Positions 10,313 to 19,505 of a stretch of DNA of 64,000 nucleotides are shown piece by piece. This stretch comes from a virus: positions 1 through 64,000 of IMG/VR virus record IMGVR_UViG_3300027779_000019, one strand, 5' to 3'. Position numbers and translations under genes: made by a program. The notes below the pieces were generated by a model. That model was not told the origin of the DNA and made no database searches. It saw only the letters and a program-made list of their open reading frames with translations. Position 1 is the first letter of the stretch; the number at the start of each line of letters is the position of its first letter.

Positions 10313-10588
10313 ATGACAAGCGATATGGATACAGACAAAATCAGTTTGACGAAAAAGGAAGAAGTAGCGGAAGCGAATCCTGACGCACTATTCGCAGACG
10401 GTTTTGATGAAGCAATCATTGGGTATGAGGCTACTGGTGCTTGTGCTGTTTACGACTATAACAAATGCCTCAAGGTTTTAATGGAGAGGGATGATATGAC
10501 TTTTCCCGCCGCGCATGAATACATGGAGTTCAATGTTGTAGGTTCTTATGTTGGGGATTTTACGCCAATTTTTATTCACACAATATGA
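10313..10588 (+). CDS. Conserved phage hypothetical protein
   Basis: ADGFDEAIIG..VYDY.KC...EYMEFNVVGSYVG..TPIF. Confidence 0.7.
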   Translation: MTSDMDTDKISLTKKEEVAEANPDALFADGFDEAIIGYEATGACAVYDYNKCLKVLMERDDMTFPAAHEYMEFNVVGSYVGDFTPIFIHTI

Positions 10589-10592
10589 TAAA

Positions 10593-10856
10593 ATGATTTG
10601 GACAATTGAAAAAAGAAAACAAGGCATGGAGATTTGGGTAACAAACTCTACGGGACTTAACGGTCAGTTAGCCTTCAAGACAGACGCTATTTTCATTGGC
10701 GAATGCTATACTACGAAAGAAAGAAAAAGAACTCATTACCTTGCTGCGATAATTGTTGAAGCATTAAACAAGCACGAAGCAAAAGCTGATGAACTTGCTA
10801 TGGAAAATTTTGAAAAAGAGTTGAAAGAAAACGATTCGGGGCATCAACCGTGTTGA
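10593..10856 (+). CDS. Hypothetical protein
   Basis: Start moved to ATG just after the upstream stop. Confidence 0.5.
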   Translation: MIWTIEKRKQGMEIWVTNSTGLNGQLAFKTDAIFIGECYTTKERKRTHYLAAIIVEALNKHEAKADELAMENFEKELKENDSGHQPC

Positions 10857-10858
10857 GA

Positions 10859-11167
10859 ATGAAAAAAATTATAACTTTCTTACTGGCTTGTACTGTTAGC
10901 GTAAACGCTGCTTCGCTTGAATTAAAAGTTAAGCAACAAAAGGTTTTGCCGAACGGTAATGCTTATGGCTTGGAAAGCGGCATCTACTTTGAATTAACAA
11001 ACTTGGAGCCTTTTATAATGTATAAACTGCAATACTCCGAGGACTTGAACAGATGGACTGATTTGGTTCACCTTGGCACTTACAAAATGGCAATGACTTC
11101 GCCTTACTGGACTTGGGATGAATTGCCGCCACATCAATGCTTTTTTAGAATCGTTATAGCTTGGTGA
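10859..11167 (+). CDS. Secreted hypothetical protein
   Basis: MKKIITFLLACTVSVNA signal peptide; Y.LQYSEDL..W..L...FFRI pattern. Confidence 0.6.
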   Translation: MKKIITFLLACTVSVNAASLELKVKQQKVLPNGNAYGLESGIYFELTNLEPFIMYKLQYSEDLNRWTDLVHLGTYKMAMTSPYWTWDELPPHQCFFRIVIAW

Positions 11168-11172
11168 TAAGA

Positions 11173-11370
11173 ATGAAAATTATGACATATATAGTAGATT
11201 TTGAAGTAGACGGTGATACTGTTTCCTATACGGTCAAGGCGGAGAATGTCCTTGATGCAGAAGATGCAGCGAAGGAAATGCTAAAAGCCGATTCTAAAAT
11301 TAGCAAAAATCGAGGTTCTTCCGTATCCTCATGGGAGGTCAAACATATAGAACACATTGCAGACCTATGA
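11173..11370 (+). CDS. Hypothetical protein
   Basis: Short coupled ORF. Confidence 0.5.
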   Translation: MKIMTYIVDFEVDGDTVSYTVKAENVLDAEDAAKEMLKADSKISKNRGSSVSSWEVKHIEHIADL

Positions 11371-11564
11371 CATTTGCAGAATCAAAGAGTTGGGTATGGT
11401 GCTTGAAATGTTTGGAGTGGATAAATGCCGCCGACAATGTAACCCTCATAAACATAGAAGAAGATATTCACGGCATCGACAACATGACTTTCATTTGCGA
11501 CGAGTGCGAGCAAGAGAGTAAATCAAAAGTAATAGCAAAAGAAACCCAACCAAGAAGTCGATGA
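11367..11564 (+). CDS. Zinc-ribbon protein
   Basis: CLKC...FICDEC. Confidence 0.55.
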   Translation: MTFAESKSWVWCLKCLEWINAADNVTLINIEEDIHGIDNMTFICDECEQESKSKVIAKETQPRSR

Positions 11565-11905
11565 AAAAAACAAATTATGCTTCCAAGCTCACAAGGGTTA
11601 TGGACGAGGGAGAAAGACGCTATTCCGATAAGATGAGCCATAAGTATTATGCCAAGAATAATTATTACGGCAAAGGAACTAATCGCATAAGCGAGTTGCA
11701 CGATAAGGATTGCCCAAGGACAAATGAACTAGCGGTAATTATAGATATGTTTGTAAACAGTTTAGCGGCGGGAGAAAGTTGCATGAAGCGGAGAACATTA
11801 GTTAAGATAGGTTATGAATTACTTTCCTTGAGGGATACAGTACAAAAGGAAACCCGCAAGAGAATGAAAGTAGTTGACGAGAACGGAAAAGAAATTAAGG
11901 TTTAA
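11561..11905 (+). CDS. Hypothetical protein
   Basis: Coupled ORF. Confidence 0.55.
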   Translation: MKKTNYASKLTRVMDEGERRYSDKMSHKYYAKNNYYGKGTNRISELHDKDCPRTNELAVIIDMFVNSLAAGESCMKRRTLVKIGYELLSLRDTVQKETRKRMKVVDENGKEIKV

Positions 11906-11907
11906 TT

Positions 11908-12147
11908 ATGTATATTACATTATCACAAACACCAGATAGAGATGGGTTTCAAGGCCAAGTAGCCTTGAATACGAACAGGATCAACGGCTTTAGGGAAGTT
12001 TCCTATAAAGATATAGGAGGTAATTCTCAAAAAGACGATGCAGGGTATGTGGGAACATATACAGAAGTATTGATGAAAGGTGCTACTGTTTTAGTAGCCG
12101 ATCCAATAGCCACTATACTAACAAAAATTGAAGAATCCAAAAATTAA
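11908..12147 (+). CDS. Small FlbD/SwrD-like fold protein
   Basis: YITL..VALNTNRI...TEVLM...VLVADPI.TI..KI. Confidence 0.45.
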   Translation: MYITLSQTPDRDGFQGQVALNTNRINGFREVSYKDIGGNSQKDDAGYVGTYTEVLMKGATVLVADPIATILTKIEESKN

Positions 12148-12148
12148 A

Positions 12149-12454
12149 ATGAGATCATCGAAGTTTATATTGAACATCATGGCGGCGATATTATTACTTT
12201 TATTTATATCGTTGATTGCGACAGGATGCGTAACTAAAAAAGAAGTGGTTTATAAAAAAATCTACTTCGCAGACGCAAACGGAGTAACAACGACAATCTA
12301 CTACCCCAACAGCTTTGAAAAAGACATGAGGGTAAAAACGGTTGACGATGAAAGATGGAAGTATGTGGCCTCTAAAATCGCCCCCGATGATGGAGCAGCA
12401 AAAGAGATGAAACTTCAACCTATAGATTTAAGCGAGCAGAATTCTCGTCCATAA
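12149..12454 (+). CDS. Putative lipoprotein
   Basis: Hydrophobic stretch ending IATG-C lipobox. Confidence 0.55.
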   Translation: MRSSKFILNIMAAILLLLFISLIATGCVTKKEVVYKKIYFADANGVTTTIYYPNSFEKDMRVKTVDDERWKYVASKIAPDDGAAKEMKLQPIDLSEQNSRP

Positions 12455-12459
12455 TATTC

Positions 12460-12488
12460 TTGACTTTTTAGTAAAATCGTGATACAGT
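12460..12488 (+). promoter_or_regulatory. Sigma70-type promoter
   Basis: TTGACT-17-TACAGT with TG; ATG 9 nt downstream. Confidence 0.65.
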
Positions 12489-12497
12489 CTATCTACG

Positions 12498-12965
12498 ATG
12501 AATGACCAACCAAGAAGAACTCTTAAAAGATTAGGGGAAAGAGTAAATTTAGTTTGGTTCTTATCTTTAGATAAAGAAGAGCAAGAACGAGTATTTAAAA
12601 GTTGTATCGACAAGCCAAAGTTGAAAGGCATGAAAGAAGTGATGCTTAAACTTGTTGAAAAATACGACGAAGAAAAGATAACCCTAAACTTTTACCCCTG
12701 CCCACATTGCCAAGGTTTTCATCTCACCAGAGCGGACAAGCACCGTAGAAGTCTTATAAGAAGGATGATAATCGAATGGAAGCGAAAAAACAAAATACCA
12801 ACGTCAAGGCGACAGAGCAACAAACTTTTAAAACAAGATAACCGTTATTCAAGGAAAATTTTAGAACAAATTTACGACCATAGGTCTAAAGACAGAAATG
12901 ACTATTATAATACCGATACTAATAACACTAATACTAACCTACCTTCTGGTGAAGCGGGTAAGTGA
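12498..12965 (+). CDS. Basic protein with zinc knuckle
   Basis: YPCPHCQGFHLT. Confidence 0.6.
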   Translation: MNDQPRRTLKRLGERVNLVWFLSLDKEEQERVFKSCIDKPKLKGMKEVMLKLVEKYDEEKITLNFYPCPHCQGFHLTRADKHRRSLIRRMIIEWKRKNKIPTSRRQSNKLLKQDNRYSRKILEQIYDHRSKDRNDYYNTDTNNTNTNLPSGEAGK

Positions 12966-13154
12966 TTCGGAGTTATAAAAACAAACACGGCATGAAACCC
13001 GAAAGAGAACTTAAAAGAAAAGAACTTAAAAGATACCGTAAAGCTAATGGTATTAAAAAGCGTAGAGCATCAACAAGAGATCAAGGCAGCAAACCGTGGA
13101 CGGCCCCACTAATAGGAGCAAAACAATCACCACCTGTTTAGGGTATTAAGTAAA

Positions 13155-13631
13155 ATGGGATTAAAAACTAGACATATAGAACAGAACATGAAGCAAATCC
13201 AAAAAACGCTAGAGTACCCCTTTCGTCCCGATTATCTGGAGAAGTGGAACGAGACGGTCGAGATGGTGCATTGGGAAGGCAACTCTTTTATTAAGCGGCA
13301 TCCACATATTGACCCCTCTAAAATCATAACTAAAGGTTCAACTTACAATTTTCCCGCCAATGCAATTACCGTCAGGTTTCGCAACCAGAGAACGGGGGAG
13401 GTAGGAGTTTATTTCTACGGGGAAAGGAAAACAAGCACATTGGGCAATACCTCGACAGGAAGAACATATACTTACATTGATAAAAAACTCCGAGTAACCT
13501 TACCGATGACTCGTTATAATGGTCATTCTTTCGGTTTTTCATTCCAAGGGGAGTTACCTTCAAACATGGACATGGAGAGTCTTAAAATAGCATTGGATTA
13601 CATTAAGGATACAATAGAGGAAATTAAGTAA
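13155..13631 (+). CDS. Hypothetical protein
   Basis: 158-aa ORF. Confidence 0.6.
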   Translation: MGLKTRHIEQNMKQIQKTLEYPFRPDYLEKWNETVEMVHWEGNSFIKRHPHIDPSKIITKGSTYNFPANAITVRFRNQRTGEVGVYFYGERKTSTLGNTSTGRTYTYIDKKLRVTLPMTRYNGHSFGFSFQGELPSNMDMESLKIALDYIKDTIEEIK

Positions 13632-13771
13632 TGGCAGCGAATACATCAACAAACAAAATCACTTTCGGCAAAGGCAAGAAAAAGAGAAAAGGAGTCAACT
13701 CGAAAAGTAAAAACTCTTGGAACAAAAAAAGTAAAAATTATGTCAAAGCATATAGAGGACAAGGGAGATAA
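13631..13771 (+). CDS. Small lysine-rich phage protein ending YRGQGR (46 aa, not in ORF track)
   Basis: TAATG overlap; MAANTSTNK...NYVKAYRGQGR*. Confidence 0.65.
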   Translation: MAANTSTNKITFGKGKKKRKGVNSKSKNSWNKKSKNYVKAYRGQGR

Positions 13772-13988
13772 GATGGAACTGAAAGACAGATGCCGTCAAT
13801 TGCAAAAAGAACGAGAAGAAATGTGGGAGAGATTAGGAATGAACTGGACAGAAAGCAGTTGCCTACCGAGAGCAAAAGAAAAAGCATCTTGCTCGTTCCT
13901 TACGACTCTCTTGATAAAATAGACCAATTACATTACAGAGCTTATATAAAAAATATTATAACTCTCGAAAGCCTTAAATCTAATACTA

Positions 13989-14153
13989 ATGAGAATAACT
14001 ATCGAAGATGATAAAGATAAGTGGATTCACGAAGGTGAAATCGAACATATCTTGGATCTGTTCAAAGCCTTCAAGCAGCTATCCCTTGCTGTTGGGCATC
14101 ACTCCGAAAATGTCGAGAGGTACTTTGGAGACTGCGAGAATTGGTCAGAATAA
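13989..14153 (+). CDS. Small hypothetical protein (54 aa, not in ORF track)
   Basis: MRITIEDDKDKW...ENWSE*. Confidence 0.4.
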   Translation: MRITIEDDKDKWIHEGEIEHILDLFKAFKQLSLAVGHHSENVERYFGDCENWSE

Positions 14154-14195
14154 ACAAACAACTCGCTTTGATATATTTTAATTTATTTATTTAGC

Positions 14196-14513
14196 ATGAA
14201 AATCACACGAAACTTAAAACATAGCTCATTTGAATGGGATGACGAAACCAAGAAGTTCAAAATTACCCAAGGTGACGTTGAGATCGAATTAGGAAAGGTC
14301 TACGCCTTCGCTTTTGTACGATTCGCCTTTAGGGTTGCTCAACGAAATTGGTTTAGAAAACAATCGAAGCCAGAAGTGACTATAGTAAAAGGTAATGAAG
14401 TCACTTCTATTAAGGATACTAACTTGGATAATGGCAGTACCGCGCCTAGTGGTAAGCTCATGCTCGTTCAGCAGGAAGAAGGCATGGAAATCGAACAGTA
14501 CGAATTACTATAA
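14196..14513 (+). CDS. Hypothetical protein
   Basis: 105-aa ORF. Confidence 0.55.
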   Translation: MKITRNLKHSSFEWDDETKKFKITQGDVEIELGKVYAFAFVRFAFRVAQRNWFRKQSKPEVTIVKGNEVTSIKDTNLDNGSTAPSGKLMLVQQEEGMEIEQYELL

Positions 14514-14514
14514 C

Positions 14515-14769
14515 ATGAAAAAAGAAATGGGATTCCAAGTTGGAGGTAGGCAAATCAAAATCAAAGAATTTGACGACAGGTACTCTGTACTGCTACCTAT
14601 TGACCTATCAGAAGGTTCTGATGACGAGTGGGCAGATGAACCCGATAAGGAGGCAATTAAAGAAAAAGCCAATGCTTACGCTAATCAAACAATGAAATAT
14701 TTAGTCAGCGAGGGCTTTATAAGCGAGGATAAAAAGACCCAAGTCCACATAGCGGTAAAGAAAGATTAA
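14515..14769 (+). CDS. Hypothetical protein
   Basis: Start moved to ATG after the upstream stop. Confidence 0.55.
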   Translation: MKKEMGFQVGGRQIKIKEFDDRYSVLLPIDLSEGSDDEWADEPDKEAIKEKANAYANQTMKYLVSEGFISEDKKTQVHIAVKKD

Positions 14770-14788
14770 CTTTCCCCAAAAAAAACTC

Positions 14789-14817
14789 TTGACAAAAGAC
14801 CAAAACTATGTTAGCCT
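14789..14817 (+). promoter_or_regulatory. Sigma70-type promoter
   Basis: TTGACA-17-TAGCCT with TG; the track's TTG start is this -35 box. Confidence 0.65.
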
Positions 14818-14827
14818 AATCAAAGTT

Positions 14828-16141
14828 ATGCACATATCGAAAGAAGTTACCAGTAAGGGCGCGGCCAACACCAACACCAACGCGAACGATGTTGAGGGTT
14901 CTGTCACGCAAAACAAGGACAACAAATCCCTACAAGACTCAATCAACAAGGTCTTGAATAAGTCCCTACCACTATCGGAGCAAAAGCCTCAAGAGAAGAA
15001 AGTCTCGACTTTTAAGAAGGTAAGTTCTGCGAGCGGCTTGAAAGACATCCCTCTTTCTGACGCGAAAAAGGACGAACTTGAGACGCTTTGGAAGAAGGAG
15101 TTCGTTTCCGCAACCCCTAAAGGGTTTGAGGCGACCATAACTCCCGAATTAGCACATTACGCTGTTAAGTATTGTATGCCTCGGAATCGACTGACGAAGG
15201 TGTACGTCTTGAACAAGTATTGCAAAGCGATGCTCGCCGGTAAGTGGGAGTTGAACGGTTGCTCTATTATCGTAAACACCGATGGCAAAATCGAGGATGG
15301 AGGGCATCGTTTAACGGCTTGCTATAATTCTCAATTACCCTTGAAGACTATGGCGAATGTTGGTCAACCTGTCGCGTCCCACAAGACAATCGACAGAGGT
15401 GCTTCTAGGCAGATTCACGACGATTTGGAGTTTGAATTTTTCCTTTCTTCCAAATTGGATATTCCAGCGGGAGCAAAGGGTCATACGATTTGTCGAAAAG
15501 TTGTCAGTTGGATGAAGGCATGGCGAAAAACAATCACGACTACTAATAATAGTTCTGCTGTGCTTTGTCATCCAGATACGGCTCGCGGAGACGCTTTGAC
15601 GGACGAGATTAAGCGAGTGCTTTGCGAAAACGAAAGGATATTTGCTTCTTTCGCGGCATTTGAGAAAATGACTCGAAATATGCCCTCCGAAGTTACTATA
15701 AGTTCCAGAGGGTATAATAGGTTTGAGTTCATTCGCCTGACGGGAGCAGCAACCCCATTGTGTCAATACTATTACCTTCAACCCGAAAAAGCTACGTCTT
15801 TTGTCGAGCGAATACTGAACCCCTATAAGGTTGACAAGGAAGGCAAGATCGTACATATCCCAAAAGACGATCCCGCTTCGCAAGTTCGTGATTACCTCAT
15901 AAACAATAGAGGGGTAGTCAGTAACGGCATGGGCAAAGTGGAGGAACTGTACTTTCGGATGGTTTCAGCTATTCACGCCGACTACAAAGACCGTAAAATA
16001 TCGGTCTTGAGGCGAACGAAATGCTGGTTTCCGAATTGGAGTATTCCAATTGACGGTTCACATGACAAGTTCCCCTCGCCAGAGGAAACAGAGGGAACGA
16101 CAGCAACGCAACAAGAGTTGGACTCGACCGTCGAAGCGTAA
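14828..16141 (+). CDS. ParB/Srx-fold (DGQHR-like) phage protein
   Basis: ITPELA...NR...Y..AM..G.W..NG..I.....G.I.DGGHRL.A; IDRG..R. Confidence 0.65.
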   Translation: MHISKEVTSKGAANTNTNANDVEGSVTQNKDNKSLQDSINKVLNKSLPLSEQKPQEKKVSTFKKVSSASGLKDIPLSDAKKDELETLWKKEFVSATPKGFEATITPELAHYAVKYCMPRNRLTKVYVLNKYCKAMLAGKWELNGCSIIVNTDGKIEDGGHRLTACYNSQLPLKTMANVGQPVASHKTIDRGASRQIHDDLEFEFFLSSKLDIPAGAKGHTICRKVVSWMKAWRKTITTTNNSSAVLCHPDTARGDALTDEIKRVLCENERIFASFAAFEKMTRNMPSEVTISSRGYNRFEFIRLTGAATPLCQYYYLQPEKATSFVERILNPYKVDKEGKIVHIPKDDPASQVRDYLINNRGVVSNGMGKVEELYFRMVSAIHADYKDRKISVLRRTKCWFPNWSIPIDGSHDKFPSPEETEGTTATQQELDSTVEA

Positions 16142-16152
16142 AGTAGCTCTCA

Positions 16153-16200
16153 AATCCCCCTCGCTCAATATAAGTCTTGGGCGGGGGGGATATTTTTTTA
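16153..16200 (+). terminator. Intrinsic terminator
   Basis: atccccctcgctcaa...ttgggcggggggat followed by a T run. Confidence 0.65.
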
Positions 16201-16304
16201 TTTATTTATATGGAACCTCTACCGACACTACTCACGCCGATATTCATTGCTATAATTGCAGGTTGGATTTTCGTGAGAGAAATCAAAAAACAACAAAAAA
16301 AGTA

Positions 16305-16778
16305 ATGCCTAATTGGAGTACAAACAAAATGACGGTAAAAGGTAACGATGTTGCCTTGGCTAAATTTGCCTCTAGGATGAAGGGTGAATTTTCGCTTGAG
16401 AAAGTCCTACCAACCCCCCCGAAGTTGCTTGAGAGCAATCCTGACGCGAATAAAGGGAACCCTCCCGAATGGTATAACTGGAGACTTCAACATTGGGGAA
16501 CCAAATGGGACTTGCGAAACGCCGAGGGAGAAGTGGCGGCAAATCGCGGGGCTAAATTAGCCCTCGACGAAAGCGGTAAAGCATATACCTGTGAATTTGA
16601 TACCGCTTGGCATCCCCCATTGGTAGCGTTAGAAAACTTGAGTAAACAGATTCCAGATTTGGAAATTCATTTGAGCTACTATGATGACATGATGAATTTC
16701 ACAGGTAAGGCTAACTTCCTAAACGGCGAGTCAGATTTCGTATTTGAGGAACCGAGTCCCATTGTCGGAACGGATTAA
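16305..16778 (+). CDS. DUF1281/Api92-like (YubB ferredoxin-like) protein
   Basis: MPNWSTN, WYNWRLQHWGTKWD, FDTAWHPP. Confidence 0.8.
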   Translation: MPNWSTNKMTVKGNDVALAKFASRMKGEFSLEKVLPTPPKLLESNPDANKGNPPEWYNWRLQHWGTKWDLRNAEGEVAANRGAKLALDESGKAYTCEFDTAWHPPLVALENLSKQIPDLEIHLSYYDDMMNFTGKANFLNGESDFVFEEPSPIVGTD

Positions 16779-16806
16779 ACTTGACTTTTGGTAAGAAGGT
16801 GTTACT

Positions 16807-17253
16807 ATGGCTATTATGGACGATATTGAAAAACAATTAAAAAAACTGCAAGACCGCCTAATAGAGATGGCAAAATCAAAAACCAATCATCAGACCAGCA
16901 AGCGGAGCAAGCGGAGCAAGAAGCAAGGGGAAAACCTCCTAGACGAAGCTAAAGCTAACTGGGGCGGCGGGACAGGAGGCAATGCGTATGTCAGGCAATG
17001 CCTCGGTAAAAGATACCAAGTGATTCGGGAAGTATTATACTACCAACTTCCGCAATGGAAAAAGAACGTAGTTGATTCCGACCCAAACGGTAGAATCTCA
17101 ACCGAACTCGCGTCAGACGTTTGTCGAACTACCGAGCATTTTGATTACTACCTTGAATTAGTTAACGGCTTGAGCGAAAATCCAGTATCGGAAGAATTGA
17201 GATCATCACTAATAACGCTCACCGACGAAGCTAGGAGAGACATTGCTTGGTGA
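16807..17253 (+). CDS. Hypothetical protein with LPxWKKN motif (start may be 16816)
   Basis: Preceded by TTGACT-16-TACTAT at 16781; shares motif with 18149-18370. Confidence 0.6.
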   Translation: MAIMDDIEKQLKKLQDRLIEMAKSKTNHQTSKRSKRSKKQGENLLDEAKANWGGGTGGNAYVRQCLGKRYQVIREVLYYQLPQWKKNVVDSDPNGRISTELASDVCRTTEHFDYYLELVNGLSENPVSEELRSSLITLTDEARRDIAW

Positions 17254-17282
17254 AACGCTCCGCAAAACAGTAATATCATTAT

Positions 17283-17486
17283 GTGGAGAGCGCGGAAACA
17301 GTTCATACTTATATTTGCGTGTCTGACGATTACAATGGTATTATAGGTTATAAAAACGCTTTTATGAAGATGATCCAAGACGAGATCGACCAATCGAAGT
17401 ACAGTAGAATAGTAGTGGATGACGGTATAGTATCAGATACCCACTACTTATTTTGCTCTTTTAGGTTTGAGCCATTGAGTCAATGA
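17283..17486 (+). CDS. Hypothetical protein
   Basis: Short ORF coupled to next gene. Confidence 0.45.
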   Translation: MESAETVHTYICVSDDYNGIIGYKNAFMKMIQDEIDQSKYSRIVVDDGIVSDTHYLFCSFRFEPLSQ

Positions 17487-18136
17487 ATAATCAAATACTT
17501 ATAGTTGATAACGTGATTGAGGACAAAGGGGTTCTTGATTTCTTAACCGACGAACTTACCAACGACCCAATCCCAATGAACACATTCATTAAAAAGAATG
17601 ACGTTTTTGAGGAAAGTGACGATAAGTTAATGAACGTCTTAAAGCGGGTTATCGGTAAGATTTGGTACGATACTGCTTACCATCTGTTAGCGTCCCAAGA
17701 ATCAGCCTTGGTTGGCTTTGAGCTTTGGAGCAATGCCTTACCAGCGGATTATACCCCTAAACACCTTGCAGGGGGCATTGGAGGGCTTAATTACCATGTC
17801 GATAAGGACGAGGGCGCATTACCCAATTTGGTGTTGCCGATGTACGCGACGGCATTCTACTTGTCTCCCGAAAAGGATGAGATGAATGGAGGGTCAGTCT
17901 ATATTGATACCAATGGGCTTGGCAGTTATGAGGTTTACAAATACGGCGAAAAGGTGCTAGATATGAATACTGATGCTTGGGTTAAAATCCCCTTCAAGTC
18001 GAATAGGATGGTTATCTTTGATTCAAGTTATCCTCATTTTGTCGAACCTATAATAGATATTGAAAAGGGTAAAAAAAGACTAGGACTTCAAATTAACCCT
18101 TGGGATAAAGAACTAACACAAGTGGAGAAAGTGTAA
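17483..18136 (+). CDS. 2OG-Fe(II) oxygenase
   Basis: YHVDKDE (HxD), GGS, NRMVIFDSSYPHFV, distal R. Confidence 0.8.
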   Translation: MNNQILIVDNVIEDKGVLDFLTDELTNDPIPMNTFIKKNDVFEESDDKLMNVLKRVIGKIWYDTAYHLLASQESALVGFELWSNALPADYTPKHLAGGIGGLNYHVDKDEGALPNLVLPMYATAFYLSPEKDEMNGGSVYIDTNGLGSYEVYKYGEKVLDMNTDAWVKIPFKSNRMVIFDSSYPHFVEPIIDIEKGKKRLGLQINPWDKELTQVEKV

Positions 18137-18148
18137 TTAACCTTGGTA

Positions 18149-18370
18149 ATGAAATCTGCCAAAAAAAGGACTCTGATATTAGAATTGGGAAACAAGGAGA
18201 AATACGAACTCGCTTGGCGTAAATGCTTTCTGGAGTTACCGCATTGGAAGAAGAATGAGATAGGGCAGAAGAAAATGAAAAGTGCAAGAATTCAAGACGA
18301 ATTAGCCCATGAAGTAGCGATTCTCGCGGAGTCAGAAGGTTTCGTCCAGAATATTATCAATGAAATATAA
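18149..18370 (+). CDS. Hypothetical protein with LPxWKKN motif
   Basis: GTGTAA 12 nt upstream of ATG. Confidence 0.55.
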   Translation: MKSAKKRTLILELGNKEKYELAWRKCFLELPHWKKNEIGQKKMKSARIQDELAHEVAILAESEGFVQNIINEI

Positions 18371-18560
18371 AACTATTCCCCTAGAGGATATAAAAAAATA
18401 TATTTATATGAAGCTCGACAACCCAAAGTGCGACCCCGTATCAATATGCAGGGCATACGAGCATTTGTCGGGAAATACAGTTAGCAGTAAGAACGAATCA
18501 GAGAGAAGCAGGGGAGATGATCTGCTTAATGTTATAATTCACAACCCTAAAGAGGTATAA
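18360..18560 (+). CDS. Hypothetical protein
   Basis: Coupled short ORF. Confidence 0.45.
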   Translation: MKYKTIPLEDIKKYIYMKLDNPKCDPVSICRAYEHLSGNTVSSKNESERSRGDDLLNVIIHNPKEV

Positions 18561-18568
18561 TAGCTACC

Positions 18569-18823
18569 ATGAACGAACTAGGAGAAGGTCTATACGAAGC
18601 GCAAATGGTCAAAATGGAAGCGGAGGCAGTTGAAGCGAGAGCAATCCTCAACGTCTACTTTAATTCGCCAGTAGGAATCGGTGAGCATCCAGACCTATTG
18701 ACCGAGATTGATAAATACACCGATAAATTAGCCCAAGCAGAGGACAAAATGGACGCGCTAAAGAGGAATTTTGGAAATTCTGGCTCGAAAGAGTGTTGTG
18801 GAGCAAAGGATAAAGTCTTTTAA
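18569..18823 (+). CDS. Conserved phage hypothetical protein
   Basis: NVYFNSPVGIGEHPDLL.EID motif. Confidence 0.7.
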   Translation: MNELGEGLYEAQMVKMEAEAVEARAILNVYFNSPVGIGEHPDLLTEIDKYTDKLAQAEDKMDALKRNFGNSGSKECCGAKDKVF

Positions 18824-18827
18824 GGGC

Positions 18828-18856
18828 TTGACAATAGCCCAATCTGATGCTATACT
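18828..18856 (+). promoter_or_regulatory. Sigma70-type promoter
   Basis: TTGACA-17-TATACT with TG. Confidence 0.75.
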
Positions 18857-18865
18857 TCTTCCCTT

Positions 18866-19231
18866 ATGGAGTCATATACTAATACAGACATGGCGGTTGT
18901 CGATAGTTGCGCCCAATCGTATGATATAAAAATCGGAGATAAGAAAATATTCGATGACGCATACGCGAAGTGGGCCAAGAAAAACGGCATCCAAGCAGGT
19001 TGGAACAACCAGCAACACAACTATAAGTCTGAATCTACCCTAGAGAATGAGGGGCGCGAATCAGCTAAACAAAACAAAGCCGATAGACAAGAGTTGGTGA
19101 AGTTAAGTAAAGCAGCCAGCAAAGCAGCCAGCAAAGCAAAAGCAGAGATAAATAGGGTAAACAAAGCGAAAAAGAAAATTAGAGATGCAAAAAAAAGAGA
19201 TATTAAACCAAAGAGCGAAAAGGCTAGTTGA
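18866..19231 (+). CDS. Basic hypothetical protein with a Lys/Ala-rich tail
   Basis: ATG 9 nt after -10; KAASKAASKAK repeats. Confidence 0.6.
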   Translation: MESYTNTDMAVVDSCAQSYDIKIGDKKIFDDAYAKWAKKNGIQAGWNNQQHNYKSESTLENEGRESAKQNKADRQELVKLSKAASKAASKAKAEINRVNKAKKKIRDAKKRDIKPKSEKAS

Positions 19232-19478
19232 GCTTTGTTCAAAGTTTCACTTCGCTAAACGGCCAACTGGTACGCAACGAACCTTCCTTGAGAACTACGA
19301 TGTATCCTTCGATGGACGAGTTGACAAAATCAAGGTTAAGAGGCAGAAGCGCGGCTTAACAAAAGTTATATTTAATTCAGTTTGGTTGGGCGACCAATCC
19401 AATAAGGAAGGCATATTTAACCCTTCCGACACAATAGACGCTTTACTTCTAGCTATCAAACAAGCAGACTCCGCTTAA
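19185..19478 (+). CDS. Hypothetical protein
   Basis: 97-aa ORF ending in a terminator hairpin. Confidence 0.5.
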   Translation: MQKKEILNQRAKRLVELCSKFHFAKRPTGTQRTFLENYDVSFDGRVDKIKVKRQKRGLTKVIFNSVWLGDQSNKEGIFNPSDTIDALLLAIKQADSA

Positions 19479-19496
19479 TTGCGGAGTTTTTTCTTT
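19468..19496 (+). terminator. Intrinsic terminator
   Basis: actccgc-ttaatt-gcggagt followed by a T run. Confidence 0.6.
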
Positions 19497-19505
19497 ATAG
19501 TATCA

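Noticed and set aside
6777-19140. Short in-frame tandem repeats (15 bp at ~6777, 9 bp at ~16898, 12 bp at ~19108)
   Set aside because: Multiples of three in low-complexity protein segments; ordinary slippage.
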